Source: Vitrella brassicaformis CCMP3155
Lineage: Eukaryota > Protista > Chromerida
Length of the DNA: 64,000 bases
Reading direction: 5' to 3'
NCBI GenBank assembly: GCA_001179505.1
Contig: CDMY01000499.1
Coordinates: forward strand, 1 to 64,000
Shown one piece after another: positions 46,407 to 58,841 of this stretch (the stretch's first letter is position 1; every line of letters starts with the position of its first letter). Both the position numbers and the translations under genes were made by a program. Under the pieces are notes generated by a model that was not told the origin of the DNA, searched no databases, and saw only the letters and a program-made list of their open reading frames with translations.

Positions 46407-47504
46407 ATGGTCAGCCTGGGAAGCGCTATGTTCAAGCTTGGCTGCCGGAGAGCACCGCAACTGTTTGGTGCAGAGTTCCCAAGGTCTGCCTTCACGAAGG
46501 TGAGGAAACTGAACGGGTTTAGCCCTCCGATGCGCTGCAGCATCATTGTCACGTTGGTTTGTGTGTCCGTCAGATGTATCGTCCCCGACTGTCCCCCCTC
46601 ATTCTCCAAACAGCACACCCCCTCGGCCACACTTTGCCACTCACCCGCCACTGTCGCCCACCGACGAGCCGCCATTTTCCCGCAGCTGCCTTCTTCGCCA
46701 CCGTCCGGTGCAGTGCTGAGCAGCAGACGACTGGACAACACAACTCCGGCGGCAAGGCGGCCGATGATGAGATTCTGTTCATTCCCACCGACCCGGGTGC
46801 TGAGCCGTTCGACCATGAGCTGTCGCTGCCCGACGTGACTGAAGCGGATCTTGAAGGCATTTCCAAGGGCCGGTATGGCGTCGAGTACCTGTCGGAGGCG
46901 CCCTCCAGCCAGCAGCTCAGCTACCCACCAGAGGGCATCGTCTCTGGCTCTTGCCGGCGCATGTTCATCAACCTCGTGTGTGTTCGACGGCCTTTTGAGG
47001 GGGAGGCCTCACCCCCGCCCCCCATCAACGTGGTCTTCGTCGTCGACACGACGTCGGTGGTGTCCTACTTGAGCCGACGGGCCTTGGCGGCGCTGGCAGG
47101 AGTGGATGAAGGCAGCGACGAGGTGCCTTTCGGCTTGATGGTGTCGATCGATGGCCATTGCCGCCATGGAGCGTTCGAATACTACCAGTCTTTCGGCACC
47201 TTTGCCCACATCAACGTACGTACGTACGCACCTCAAAGCGACTAACCTAGGTCTTTACACACGAATGGTTTGTTTCTCTCTCTCTTTGGTTGTCTGTCTG
47301 TCTGTCTGTCTTTTTCCTCACTTGATTCATTCATATATGATTCAGGTGTTGGGTATGTGGGCCCTGCATACGCTGGAGTGGACGCCAATCATCGACTGGA
47401 AGCACGAGGACTTCATCCTGACGCCCTACGACCCGCAGAAGACAATGCCACTCACACGGAGAGCCAAGAGGGAGGTGGAGAGGGCAGCCCGTCTTGCTGG
47501 CTGA
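46407..47504 (+). CDS. Retropepsin-like aspartic-protease-fold protein (DTT variant) with Arg-rich, possibly mitochondrial, leader; copy 1
   Basis: INVVFVVDTTSVVSYLSRRAL resembles the hydrophobic-D(T/S)G flap-side motif, and IN|VLGMWAL resembles the LLGMDFL motif. 3 exons. Confidence 0.65.
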
Positions 47505-47800
47505 CCGAGCCTGATCGTTTGTGTGGTGTGTGGGTGTGGGTGTGAGTGTGGGTGTGTGCAGTGCTTTCCTCCGTATCGCATCGATCGATGTTACCCACTG
47601 ACTGAGTTGTGGCGCTGCATCACGTGACTTGTGGTGTGTCGTCTCATGCAGGCCGGTCGAGGTAGGTGTGTGGTGTGGTGTGCGCCTGCCCTCTTTTTCC
47701 GTCAGTCATGTGTGTGGTGTGTGGCCACCATGGTTGTCCAGTCCCCACCCACATATAGTACACCACTCGTGGGGACCACACGGATGGGGTATGTGAGTGA

Positions 47801-47917
47801 GTGGCCGTCTGGCCTCCTCGAGTGACTTCGCTGCCATGAACAAATGAGTGAGACAGCCGCGAGGAAAGGTGCCTGCCGGTCAGGCAAAGGCCAGTTCACT
47901 CGATGCATGTCCGTCAC
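47801..47917 (+). repeat. Dispersed ~117-bp repeat; further copies at 49317-49433 and 54900-55020
   Basis: gtggccgtctggcctcc...gatgcatgtccgtcac three times. Confidence 0.9.
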
Positions 47918-47977
47918 GGCAAACATACACAGATACACTCCACCACACAGTCACCGAGAGGGAGGTCTGGTATGTGG

Positions 47978-48277
47978 NNNNNNNNNNNNNNNNNNNNNNN
48001 NNNNNNNNNNNNNNNNNNNNNNNNNNNNNNNNNNNNNNNNNNNNNNNNNNNNNNNNNNNNNNNNNNNNNNNNNNNNNNNNNNNNNNNNNNNNNNNNNNNN
48101 NNNNNNNNNNNNNNNNNNNNNNNNNNNNNNNNNNNNNNNNNNNNNNNNNNNNNNNNNNNNNNNNNNNNNNNNNNNNNNNNNNNNNNNNNNNNNNNNNNNN
48201 NNNNNNNNNNNNNNNNNNNNNNNNNNNNNNNNNNNNNNNNNNNNNNNNNNNNNNNNNNNNNNNNNNNNNNNNNNNNN
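47978..48277. other. Assembly gap (300 N)
   Basis: N run between the two tandem copies. Confidence 1.
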
Positions 48278-49059
48278 GAGCAGCAGACGACTGGACAACA
48301 CAACTCCGGCGGCAAGGCGGCCGATGATGAGATTCTGTTCATTCCCACCGACCCGGGTGCTGAGCCGTTCGACCATGAGCTGTCGCTGCCCGACGTGACT
48401 GAAGCGGATCTTGAAGGCATTTCCAAGGGCCGGTATGGCGTCGAGTACCTGTCGGAGGCGCCCTCCAGCCAGCAGCTCAGCTACCCACCAGAGGGCATCG
48501 TCTCTGGCTCTTGCCGGCGCATGTTCATCAACCTCGTGTGTGTTCGACGGCCTTTTGAGGGGGAGGCCTCACCCCCGCCCCCCATCAACGTGGTCTTCGT
48601 CGTCGACACGACGTCGGTGGTGTCCTACTTGAGCCGACGGGCCTTGGCGGCGCTTGCAGGAGTGGAGGAAGACAGCGACGAGGTGCCTTTCGGCTTGATG
48701 GTGTCGATCGATGGCCATTGCCGCCATGGAGCGTTCGAATGCTACCAGTCTTTCGGCACCTTTGCCCACATCAACGTACGTACGTACGCACCTCAAAGCG
48801 ACTGAGGTATTTACACACGAATGGTTTGTTTCTCTCTCTCGTTGTCTGTCGTCTTTTTCCCCACTTGATTCATTCGTATATGATTCAGGTGTTGGGTATG
48901 TGGGCCTTGCATACGCTGGAGTGGACGCCAATCATCGACTGGAAGCACAAGGACTTCATCCTGACGCCCTACGACCCGCAGAGCCAAGAGAGCGGTGGAG
49001 AGGGCGGCCCGTCCTACTGGCTGACCGAGCCTGATCTTTTGCGTGGTGTGTGGGTGTGA
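48278..49059 (+). CDS. Second tandem copy of the retropepsin-like gene (5' end in gap; 23-nt deletion alters the C-terminus)
   Basis: Nearly identical to 46718-47530, with few substitutions (DEG>EED, YYQ>CYQ) and loss of aagacaatgccactcacacggag. Confidence 0.65.
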
Positions 49060-49522
49060 GTGTCGGTGTGTGCAGTGCTTTCCTCCGTATCGCATCGATC
49101 GATGTTACCTACTGACTGAGTTGTGGCGCTGCATCACGTGACTTGTGGTGTGTCGTCTCATGCATGTCGGTCGAGGTAGGTGTGTGGTGTGGTGTGCGCC
49201 TGCCCTTCCGTCATGTGTGTGGTGTGTGGCCACCGTGGTTGTCCAGTCCCCACCCACATATATATGTATAGTACACACTCGTGGGGACGGGACACATACA
49301 TGGGGTATGTGAAGGAGTGGCCGTCTGGCCTCCACGAGTGAGTGACTTCGCTGCCATGAATGAGTGAGACAGCCGCGAGGAAAGGTGCCAGCCGGTCAGG
49401 CAAATGCCAGTTCACTCGATGCATGTCCGTCACGGCAAACATACACAGACGCACTCCACCACACAGTCACCGAGAGGGAGGTCTGGTAGGTGGGTCAACC
49501 AGGCAGTCAGAAGCCCCCCCCC

Positions 49523-49620
49523 CGAGAAGGGAGTGTATTCATTTGATTGGATCCGCCTAAATAAGTCCCGAACAAGCTACACCGTGTGAGTCGTCTCTAT
49601 CTACGTGGATGTGTGTCGGA
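49523..49620 (+). repeat. ~100-bp segment repeated at 53642-53742
   Basis: cgagaagggagtgtattca...gtggatgtgtgtcgga in both places. Confidence 0.9.
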
Positions 49621-50055
49621 AGTCCCTATATGTATATATACACATATATATATCGTTCATGTCCCTTCAGTCATGAAGGTGCCGATGAAGATCACAGGTA
49701 GCGTGCCTCTCTCTCTCTCCCTCCAGCTGCTTGCATCTGCCGATGTCGCCTTGGTTGCAGCAGCACGTGAGCGATGGAAAGCGCACATGAATGGATGGAT
49801 GAGAAGACACATTCCGAATCACTCCGCCATTCGGCAATGACACGGTGTCAGTCCACACGAGTGTGTCTTTGTAAGTCGAGGATTGAATCCATGATGGGTT
49901 CGGCTCTGTCCGTCAATTCATTCAGTCACTGGTGTCGCTCATCTCTCTCACTGCGCCAAGTCTGCATCAGCATCACAACTGCGCAAAGTCTGCATCAGCA
50001 TCACAGTCATCAATGCATGCATCAACGTCATGACCATGGCCTTCTGCTTCGCTCC

Positions 50056-50341
50056 TTATGGCCTTCCCTTATGCCTTACATTCCAGTGTCGCGCGGAAAG
50101 CACCGATGATCCACCACGCTTTTTTGATGCAGCTGGAGCGTCGGTATCCTCGTCACTCTTCTAAAAGATACACCAAAGCCAAACACGCACCAGTCCTTGC
50201 ATCATGTCAGGCGCCTGGGCCCATGCAACAATACCTTGCGTTTTTGTAACTTTCCTTTCTCATTTTCTTCTTCTTTCTTGGCCTTCTTTTCGGCTGATTT
50301 CTGGTCCTTGGCATCGACCCCCATCATGGCATCCATAGGAC
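50056..50341 (-). CDS. Last two exons of an unresolved gene (Lys/Glu-rich C-terminus)
   Basis: Exon PMDAMMGVDAKDQKSAEKKAKKEEENEKGKLQKRK, a GT-AG intron, then KSDEDTDAP...KGRP*. Upstream exons not identified. Confidence 0.3.
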
Positions 50342-51837
50342 CTGCAAGACGTGCAAAGGAGACAACAGCGAGTGTGTTGTCCTGCTGTGCACTGCAGGTG
50401 TGTTCCATTCGGTGTGATGTGTGTGTGTGTCCTTGTATGTGCCATGTATGTCGATCGCCATAGGGTTGTTGTCAGGCTGCATCTCTTTATCGCCTTGTTT
50501 GTCTCTTCACACATACACACACACACGCACACACACACACACACACACACAGAACACACGCAACACAGAGAGAGAGAGGTAAGTTTTACCCATAAAAACC
50601 AACACACACAAAAACAACAGAGTGCGATGGGCGAGTGGTGACTAATCTAGTGCTGTCTCCTTGCTCGTGATAGGCAACCGTCTCCAATTCGATATCGAAG
50701 CGCGTCCACGAACCTCGATGAAAATAAATGAATATATGTTTTTCTCGTCGAGTGGCAAGAATCGCATAAGCTGGGCTCACCTAGGTTTGGCCACAGTGGA
50801 TCGCTGGCTGTACTGTTAGAAGTGCTCACCACTCGGAATCGACAGCAGAATGGTGGAAGGATCACCTGATGAAAATAGACATATGCTCAGGTATCGCACA
50901 CAACATATGCGCGTATGCTTATGTTGGGCCTTCATAGAGATGACCTCTTCTGTCATACACATGAAAACAGATGACACACTAGTGATGAAAAGCAATGCTT
51001 GTGATGTGACACCTTCGCGAGAAAGTGCAGTCCATCCTGTCATGATGCGTGGTCTAAAGCCAGTCCTAACGATGTTACACAAGGATCATCTGTATGCTGG
51101 TCTTGGCTTGTTCGAAATCTTACGCGTAGTGCGACGGATTGTCGTGCAGGCCTTGCAAAGAGACACACGTACAATTCTTTCCTTCTATAATGACCCTTTA
51201 CATCTCGTGCTGGCGTCTCACGCAATTTGAAGATGAGCTATGAAGGACATGCACGAATTCATCCATGTTTGAGAGTGAAGATATTTCATCTTGTTTGGCT
51301 TACTTGAGCTTCGCCTCCAATTAGCGTGCCCCCCCACCTCTCTGCAAAAGCCTTGCTAGTCCTTGTAGAAACAAATGTCGACCACCTATCAATTCATGCC
51401 AATGGATTCCATTCAACATACACATACAACGCCCAGGTGAGTCTTAATCGACTTACAGAAACGTTTTCCCTTCACGATAGTGCTCTGAAACGTATCCAAC
51501 CTCAGCTGCACACATAAGGAGAGCGCAATTGAAAACAAATGCGCACAGGCGCAAGGCTCAATAAATTAGAAGCATGTCTCACATCTTGCCGATCAATACA
51601 GAGAGACATCCGCGCCGTCCCTGTTTTTGCCCGTGAAAAAAGGAACTTCCTGGTCAATGACAGTCCCCTGTAGACGAAGGCACATAAAAGTTTCTGTAGG
51701 GTATGTATTGTATGTGTTCTCAAGTGTGATTTATCACCTCGGGAAGCGCTTTAAAAACGAAGCGAAATATGTACAGCTGCTGCGAGTGGCACAAGAGGCG
51801 TGGGAGATAGAGTTCGCGTTGCTTTCCGGGGCAATGG

Positions 51838-52796
51838 ATGACCCAGCCGAGCCGACAGGTGACAACGCTGCGGAATTCTGAGTTCAGGCAGAACAGCGGC
51901 CCATTCTGTTACGGTGTGGATGCTGTGAATGTAGTTTACCTATGGATGTGCCAGTCCGGAGCCAGTGGTAGGTGGGTCCGTCTGTCCCATTATCACATCG
52001 AGGGTGCAGGAGCCGCGCGCCGGCGGGAATGGACGGTGAAAAACAGGCTGGCCGCGCCAGCACAGCTGTATCGACTTGAACTCCGCACAGCCCGTGGTGT
52101 GTCATCGGAGTTCAGGATCGCGGTGCGCATGCCCTTGAAGGGAAAAGAGAATGTTTCGCTCGAAGACGTGCGGGCCAGTATGTCAGATGCCCTAGATGAG
52201 CTTCGCGATGAATATCCCGAACAGACCCGCGGCTGGTTTGTCCACAAGAGCAGTTGGGGACCTCGCAAGCTGGAGACAGCGTTTATTCGGGGACTTGTGG
52301 CATTTTGGTCCACCTTCCCAGGTAGGGGTCTAGCAAAAAGCGACCAAGTACCTCGCTGTACCGACCTCGGAAAAAGGCTGCTACAACATCTCGGTGATCA
52401 TGTCAAGGAGTTCCTACCATTGGCGGTCGTTGCGCCGTCCACTAATGAGCACTGGTCATTGATTGCGATGCCACCCAGTGGGACTGGGCGGCGCACCATC
52501 CGAGCCATGAGACATGCCCGTCCACAAGTATATGTGTTCAAGAAAATCTTTGTTGAATGGAGCGACATGACTTCCCCCATGACCTCGACGAGCCCGCGGG
52601 CAAGGAATGGAGCTGGCTCGTTACCAGGCGGGCTGTGTGGAGGGCAATTAAAGAGTTGAGTGTGGAAATCGACGCACGTGGCGACGCAAACGCGGGCGAC
52701 GCAGACGCAGGCGGGCGAGACAATGGTATGAATGCTGAATGCGTGGAACGGCAGCATTCACATACCATCGCCTGTTTCGTGTATGTGTACAGATGA
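51838..52796 (+). other. Coding-like, possibly decayed region with a weak Ulp1/C48-like HW motif
   Basis: 273-aa ORF containing LAVVAPSTNEHWSLIAM; a neighbouring frame contains RQHSHTIACFVYV. The region is microsatellite-poor. Confidence 0.25.
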
Positions 52797-53341
52797 TCAC
52801 TTTGGTCAGGAATTCGACCTCTTTCACTATATGAGGAAGGGAGAAGGGACAAACAAAGGTGAGACAAAGGAAATTCGCATTTCATTTCCCGTGATTGAGG
52901 CGCGGCTTGTGCAGATAAGAAGAAAGAAGACAATTTGGACAAGTTGTTAAAGAAGGCTGCGGGGGTTGCAAGGGCGGCTGCGAAGGGAAAACCGGCAGCA
53001 AAGCCACAAGTCGTGACTCGAAGTGGCCGACATGTACAGCGACCGAGTAGATCTGGGCGTGTAGAGCAGTAGAGACGTAGAAGAGAGACGCCACAGGAGA
53101 ACAGTAGAGTTCGTCTGTGAAGGACGTGAAGGTTAGATTAACTGATCCATATCCATGTTCAAGTTGACCAATCAAATATTCATTCGTCCATCCACCCTTG
53201 CAAGGAGGGTGAATCATCATAAACATTGGACAAACAACGTATCTGGTGTGAAGTGCAGTAACAATTTGGGTAGAGCGGAGACATGGATGTCAATCGAATA
53301 AAGAACAGTCAAATCCGAGAGGGGGGGGGGGGGGGGGGGGG

Positions 53342-53641
53342 NNNNNNNNNNNNNNNNNNNNNNNNNNNNNNNNNNNNNNNNNNNNNNNNNNNNNNNNNNN
53401 NNNNNNNNNNNNNNNNNNNNNNNNNNNNNNNNNNNNNNNNNNNNNNNNNNNNNNNNNNNNNNNNNNNNNNNNNNNNNNNNNNNNNNNNNNNNNNNNNNNN
53501 NNNNNNNNNNNNNNNNNNNNNNNNNNNNNNNNNNNNNNNNNNNNNNNNNNNNNNNNNNNNNNNNNNNNNNNNNNNNNNNNNNNNNNNNNNNNNNNNNNNN
53601 NNNNNNNNNNNNNNNNNNNNNNNNNNNNNNNNNNNNNNNNN
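53342..53641. other. Assembly gap (300 N) preceded by poly-G
   Basis: N run. Confidence 1.
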
Positions 53642-55075
53642 CGAGAAGGGAGTGTATTCAGTTGATTGGATCCGCCGCCTAAATAAGTCCCGATCAAGCT
53701 ACATCGTGTGAGTCGTCTCTATCTACGTGGATGTGTGTCGGATTTTCCTTTGCCCATATGTATGTAATTGCCGACGGGTTGCTCGCACGTGCGGCGCCTA
53801 GTGGGCAAGAAAGGGGTGGGTCATGGGTCGACAGGACCGAATGATCATTGTACACGTTGCTCTAAGTTAGAGGATGGGCAAGCAGTATCGTCGATAAATA
53901 AAGGTTGACACCCAGACGGATAAGTATGAATGAGTCAGTCAGTCGTCAGTCCCACTCCCCAGGCCAATAAATGCCCCGGAATGGACTGAGCTGTCCTGTG
54001 CGGCCGGCCGGCTAGGGGCACTCACTGTATTTTCTCGCCCTCCCACCCTCCCTGATCGACTGCCTGCCTGCCTGTCTCTCTTGAGCAGGGCCGACAAGAC
54101 ACTCGCAAAAAACGAAACACGTACGGGCGTCGACGACTCACTTGTTATCGGGCATCAGACGAGCACGGAGACCTTCTTCTCGCTCGTCTGTCACACCCTG
54201 CTCATCACTCTGCTGCCTTGTGTCCGTGCCCGCATGGCTCGTCGGTACTCGTCTATAAGGCACCTCACCTCGACACGCCCTACAGGTCTTGTGCCTGCAC
54301 GGCTGGTCTTCGCGACAGCGGGACCTAGCCAGAGCCCCGGTGTAATGGGGCTCCCATATTGAGAAGTACCTCAGTACGCGGCCGAGAGAGCTCCTAGACA
54401 CACGAACACACACACACACACCTACACGAAATGAGACTGATGATCGAATCCGTCGAGCACCCACTGGGCAAAGCGGTCCTGCGATTCGTCGAGGGCGATG
54501 AGATATTCTTCGTTACGACGAAGTATCGCCTGCCACCGATGCACACACATACACACACACACAGACTCGCACTCATACACACATACATCCACGCGAGGTG
54601 GGGCCTGCCAGATGGCACATACATCTGCCTTCTCTAGGTAAGTCTCGAAGTCGCTTGCGTCATGATGTGCGGCAGCTGATTAGCGGAGGTGGAGAGGGTC
54701 AGATGCAAACCGAGGACAGACAGACAGACGTATTGCCCGTGCGTGTGCGTGTGTGCGTCGTCTTACTCTGTCCAGAGTCGGGCACCGAAGACCTGCTGGA
54801 CGCCTGAAGAGCAACAAACACAACCCCTCCAGACACTAACCATTCGCTCTTCCGTGGCCGCGCACCGCTGTTCCGATCTGTGTTTGCCTGTCGGCTTCCG
54901 TGGCCGTCTGGCCTCCACGAGTGAGTGACTTGGCTGCCATGAACAAATGAGTGAGACAGACGCGAGGAAAGGTGCCTGCCGGTCAGGCACATGCCAGTTC
55001 ACTCGATGCATGTCCGTCACGTCACGTCACCTGCTTGTGTTTTTCGAACCCTTAACCCTAAACCCTATATTCAGC

Positions 55076-55342
55076 GGGTTTCAGGCTCCAGGGTTTGAAA
55101 CCCTTAGCCTGTAACCCTAGCACCATCCGGCGCGGTTGCGGTGAGCGACAAGCGCACAAACAGCGGACGACGTGCTCTGAGGTACAGTACGTGTGCGCCT
55201 GTCTATTCCTTCATGCAGATCTTCAGCACTTGCTGCAGATGCCATGGTGCAGATGTATCAGAGGGATGGCATTGAATGAGTGAATGATTCATCACTGTGG
55301 TCTGCTGGGCTCGTGTGCGTGCGTTACAGGTGCTCAGCATTT
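55076..55342 (+). repeat. Inverted copy of 62402-62702 (intron-exon-intron fragment of the gene at 61758-62794)
   Basis: Matches the reverse complement of 62402-62702, from gggtttcaggctccagggtttgaaaccc to ttacaggtgctcagcattt. Confidence 0.9.
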
Positions 55343-55408
55343 GACCCGAACGATCCATGGCGGTGATTGTCTCTCACCCGTCACTCACTTCAGCTGCCTA
55401 AGTCCGTG

Positions 55409-57084
55409 ATGCTGGTGCAGGAGGGTTTTGTGCTGCTTCTGCTGGCTGGTGGGGCCTCCACCTTCTCGATGCTCTCGCCGACGGGACTTCGCCGACGCGC
55501 CACCTCTCAGCAGCGTCCGGTCGGTGCCTGAATGATGGATGGGTCAATCTGATCTGAACGGACACTGATTGCTGGTCCGTGTTTGCAAACAACCAATCAG
55601 ATGCGGCGCATTGGCAAGTCCTGGCACTCGATGACAAGTGCATCGAAAGAGGAGGAGGGTGCCGCGAGTGCCGCTCCCCACGTGGTGGCACCGCACCCGT
55701 CAAAAAGGTGCAGCCACGTGGTAATCCCGTCACTCACTTATGAGCGAACGCTGTCCTTGACCTGTGTGCACGTGTGTGTGTCTGCAATCTGCAGTCTGCA
55801 GGCGCCAAGGAGGACAGCAGTTCGCTCGGCCCGCTGCCACGAGTCGTGGTTCCAAAGAAACTGATGGACTTCCTCTATTCGTTACACGTGCCAGGGGACA
55901 AAAGAAGAGGCATCACGGGCAGGTAAGTACATGTATGTCAGAGAGAAAGAATGTGAGTGCATTCATTGCTTCTCATTGATAGCATTCATTCATTCATTTG
56001 TCCATCCAGGTTGCTCGAGTACATGGGCCGCTCAGAGACAATGACCAGCATGGGGTACATGCATGAGTAGATGTCCTTTGTAGATTGATCTCTCTGTCTG
56101 TGTCTGTGTGTGGTAGGTACCACTTCTGGCCTCTGGTAGGAGAAGACACACTCACTAGGTGGTGGTGCATCACGTGTGCTTCCCGACCCCTCTTCATCCA
56201 GCCCTTCTCTCTGTCTGTCTGTCTGTCTGTCTGTCCATTATGCAGATGGCAGAGATGGTGCGGCAGACTGACTGGCGCGTGAGGGTCTTTGCTGTGGACC
56301 CTCCTGACATGTATGCGCACGACGAGTGTTTCTTCCTGATAATACAAAAGGACGGCACTGACGGCCGAACCCACAGAGGGTACGCACATAACATACGCAC
56401 ACACGACAACGATGGATGAAAAGGAGACGCATCGCATATATCCACCACTTGGTGCCCACGCGCAGGGAAGGAACGCAGTTTGCTGTGCTGGCGGGCAACC
56501 ACCCTACTGACACGGCGTGCAAGCAGCTCAAGGAGCTCGTCCGCAGAGACAACATCACCCAGGCAAGCAGCCACATACGCCAAGCCCAAGCCAGACGGAC
56601 ACGGTCTTCCTGTGTCTGAGCTCGAGTGTACCTCGTAGCCAAATTAATGGATTCCTTTCTTCCTGCGTGTGTGTGCGCCTTGGTTCAGTGCGCCTTGGTG
56701 ATGAAAGGCGCTGTGTGGACCATGATGTACTACGACAGGGATAGGGACAGGCTGATGCCGACCATGGGCAGGCCAATCGGCAACATAGACGTCAACGTCA
56801 GCAAAGACGGGTCAGAGCAGCTCGGAGGCTATGGAGCCCAGACCGTTGTGGACTATGTAAGCATACAAACTCACACCTCGATAGAGACGAACACACACAG
56901 CAGCAGTCATGCAATCAAACATCTGTACTTATCGTCGATTATCGACAGGTTAGAGAGGCCCGACCATAGGGAGGTTGCGGGCTACGCCGGTCTTTTCCCC
57001 TGGGAGAAGAACGAGGCAGCTGTTGAAGCAGCGAGGGATGCAGTGCAGGAGATGTCCGATGATGGATGGGGAGGCAGTGATTGA
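55409..57084 (+). CDS. Divergent paralog of the 44451 gene, also with a bipartite leader; contains a GC-AG intron
   Basis: MLVQEGFVLLLLAGGAST|FSMLSP leader. Homologous exons: LGPLPRVVVPKKLMDFL, YHFWPL|MAEMVRQTDWRV, EGTQFAVLAG, CALVMKGAVWTMMYYD, IIDRL. Intron 56563-56688 starts GCAAGC. Confidence 0.75.
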
Positions 57085-57453
57085 TTGAGCGGGTAGCCAC
57101 CGCGGTGTAGGTATTTATGTCAATTGGTATATAGGCAGATCACTCCCATAGACAGACAGACATACAGACGAGTGTGCCTTTTTCGATGGTCCGTTTGTAA
57201 AGCAGCGTAAGAATCCTACACATGGGTAGGCAGGAAGCAGTTTTTCCGTAAGCATCTGTGGCTGACTAACTGACTGACTGACAGGTGATTGACTCTTCCA
57301 TGGCACTGTGTCGATAGGCTGAGCATTAACCTCACGCAGTCATTGGAATCAGTGTTGCTCTCTCCCCTGTCCAAGAGCTCATGGACACGCATAAGCAGAA
57401 GGAAGGCACATGAGCTGATTCGCAAGTCGGGGGCAGCATATCACACAGTCAGT

Positions 57454-58665
57454 TCAGTTCATAGTAGCTGCCTTTCCCTCCGACTCCCTTCCCTCCTCTC
57501 CATCGCCAGCCCTCGACCCACGGGCCGTCGCCGCATCTGTCGATGCATGTGTAGACGGTGTGTCTTCTGTCCTTGACCTGGACGGCTTGATGACTTGTTT
57601 GGGGTGCACAACACCCGGAGAGATCCGCGAGAGCAGGTAGGCGGTCCAAAAGACGCTCACCTGCACAAACAAGATAGCAATTGTGATGCGACTGTGTCTT
57701 GGCTAAGCACAGGAACACGTGCTTCATGCTTACGAGATTGCCCACAAACACGCGCAGCTTCGGTGGGACGTACCTACAGGCACACCGGAAAGAACAGCGA
57801 GCGACACAAACAGATACTCGAAAACGTTGCACATCTGGTCAGCACCTGTACTGAATCAGGCCCTGTGAAGCAGAAGCAAGGCAGCAAAGTATGAGCATCG
57901 ATCGGCTATCCATGTGTGTGAGTATTTCACTGCTCACCACAATTGGCCACAGACAGACATTTTTCTTCCACACGTCGAAGAGACGGCTTTGCAGCTCTCG
58001 TGCGATGGCTTGCGGCGAGCGGCCCTCGGCCAGGCCAACGACGACGAAGTTGAGGGCGAGGAAGAAGGGCGCGAACACGAGTTGATCAAACACGACCTGC
58101 GCAGAAATCATCGCAGAAATCATCCCAGTGACCCGTCCCCACGCAGCTGGCGTCACGCACCTTCGTGAGCACCGTCTTGGAGCCTTGTGGCGGCCACTTC
58201 TGGAACAGCCGCTCCACCCACCCAAACCACTGATGGACAGAGAGATTAATCGATGCGATGGTATCACGACTGCTCGCAAATGATCTGCCCGAAGTAGTCT
58301 GCTTACATAGTGCAGGACAGGCCCGCGAACGATGAGTCCTGCGCAAGAGACCACAAAACAAATTGACAACATCTTGCTCGTGTGTGCCCTTCTCTCTCTT
58401 GTGATCCATGCGTGTGTGAATACATACCGATGACGAATTGCCGCTGTGCACTCTTTCGCGTGAAGACCATCTTTTCCACCGGCACATGGTGCTTGGTCTG
58501 TATGAGGTACTGTGACAGCAGATCGGATACTGCACTGAGGACACCGCACGTCAGAGATTTGGTCCGGAGAGGATAGTCAGATAGCAGAGAGAGGTACAGA
58601 TCTGCTATGGCCAAGACCTTCGCTGCAGCTGGAGAAGAAGAAGGAGAGGACTGGACAAGGGCCAT
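57454..58665 (-). CDS. Mpv17/PMP22 family membrane protein
   Basis: YLSLLSDYPLRTKSLTCGVLSAVSDLLSQ, GPVLHY|WFGWVERLF, KVVFDQLVFAP, NVCLWP, YVPPKLRVFVGNLVS, FWTAYL. Confidence 0.93.
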
Positions 58666-58841
58666 GGCGAGAGGAAACTCAAAGGCAACGCAACTCAGGC
58701 AACAGCAGCAACTCCTTGGGGTAGTGCGTGAAACGGATTCAAACTTGCCTCGAAGGAGCGGTTTCAGGGAGCATCCTGATTCAACTTGCCCTTTGCGAGC
58801 AGCTCCGCTCTTACCAGCGCTCCTTCCCCCTTGCTTCCCCG

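Noticed and set aside
50202-50408. Ribosomal protein L29-like Lys-rich ORF
   Set aside because: Lacks the MAKSKNH signature; composition similarity only.
13615-53641. Poly-G tracts next to N gaps as functional elements
   Set aside because: G-runs commonly break short-read assemblies; their true length and content are unknown.
54138-54690. Possible minus-strand exons
   Set aside because: Splice phases give conflicting frames and no motif; cannot be supported.
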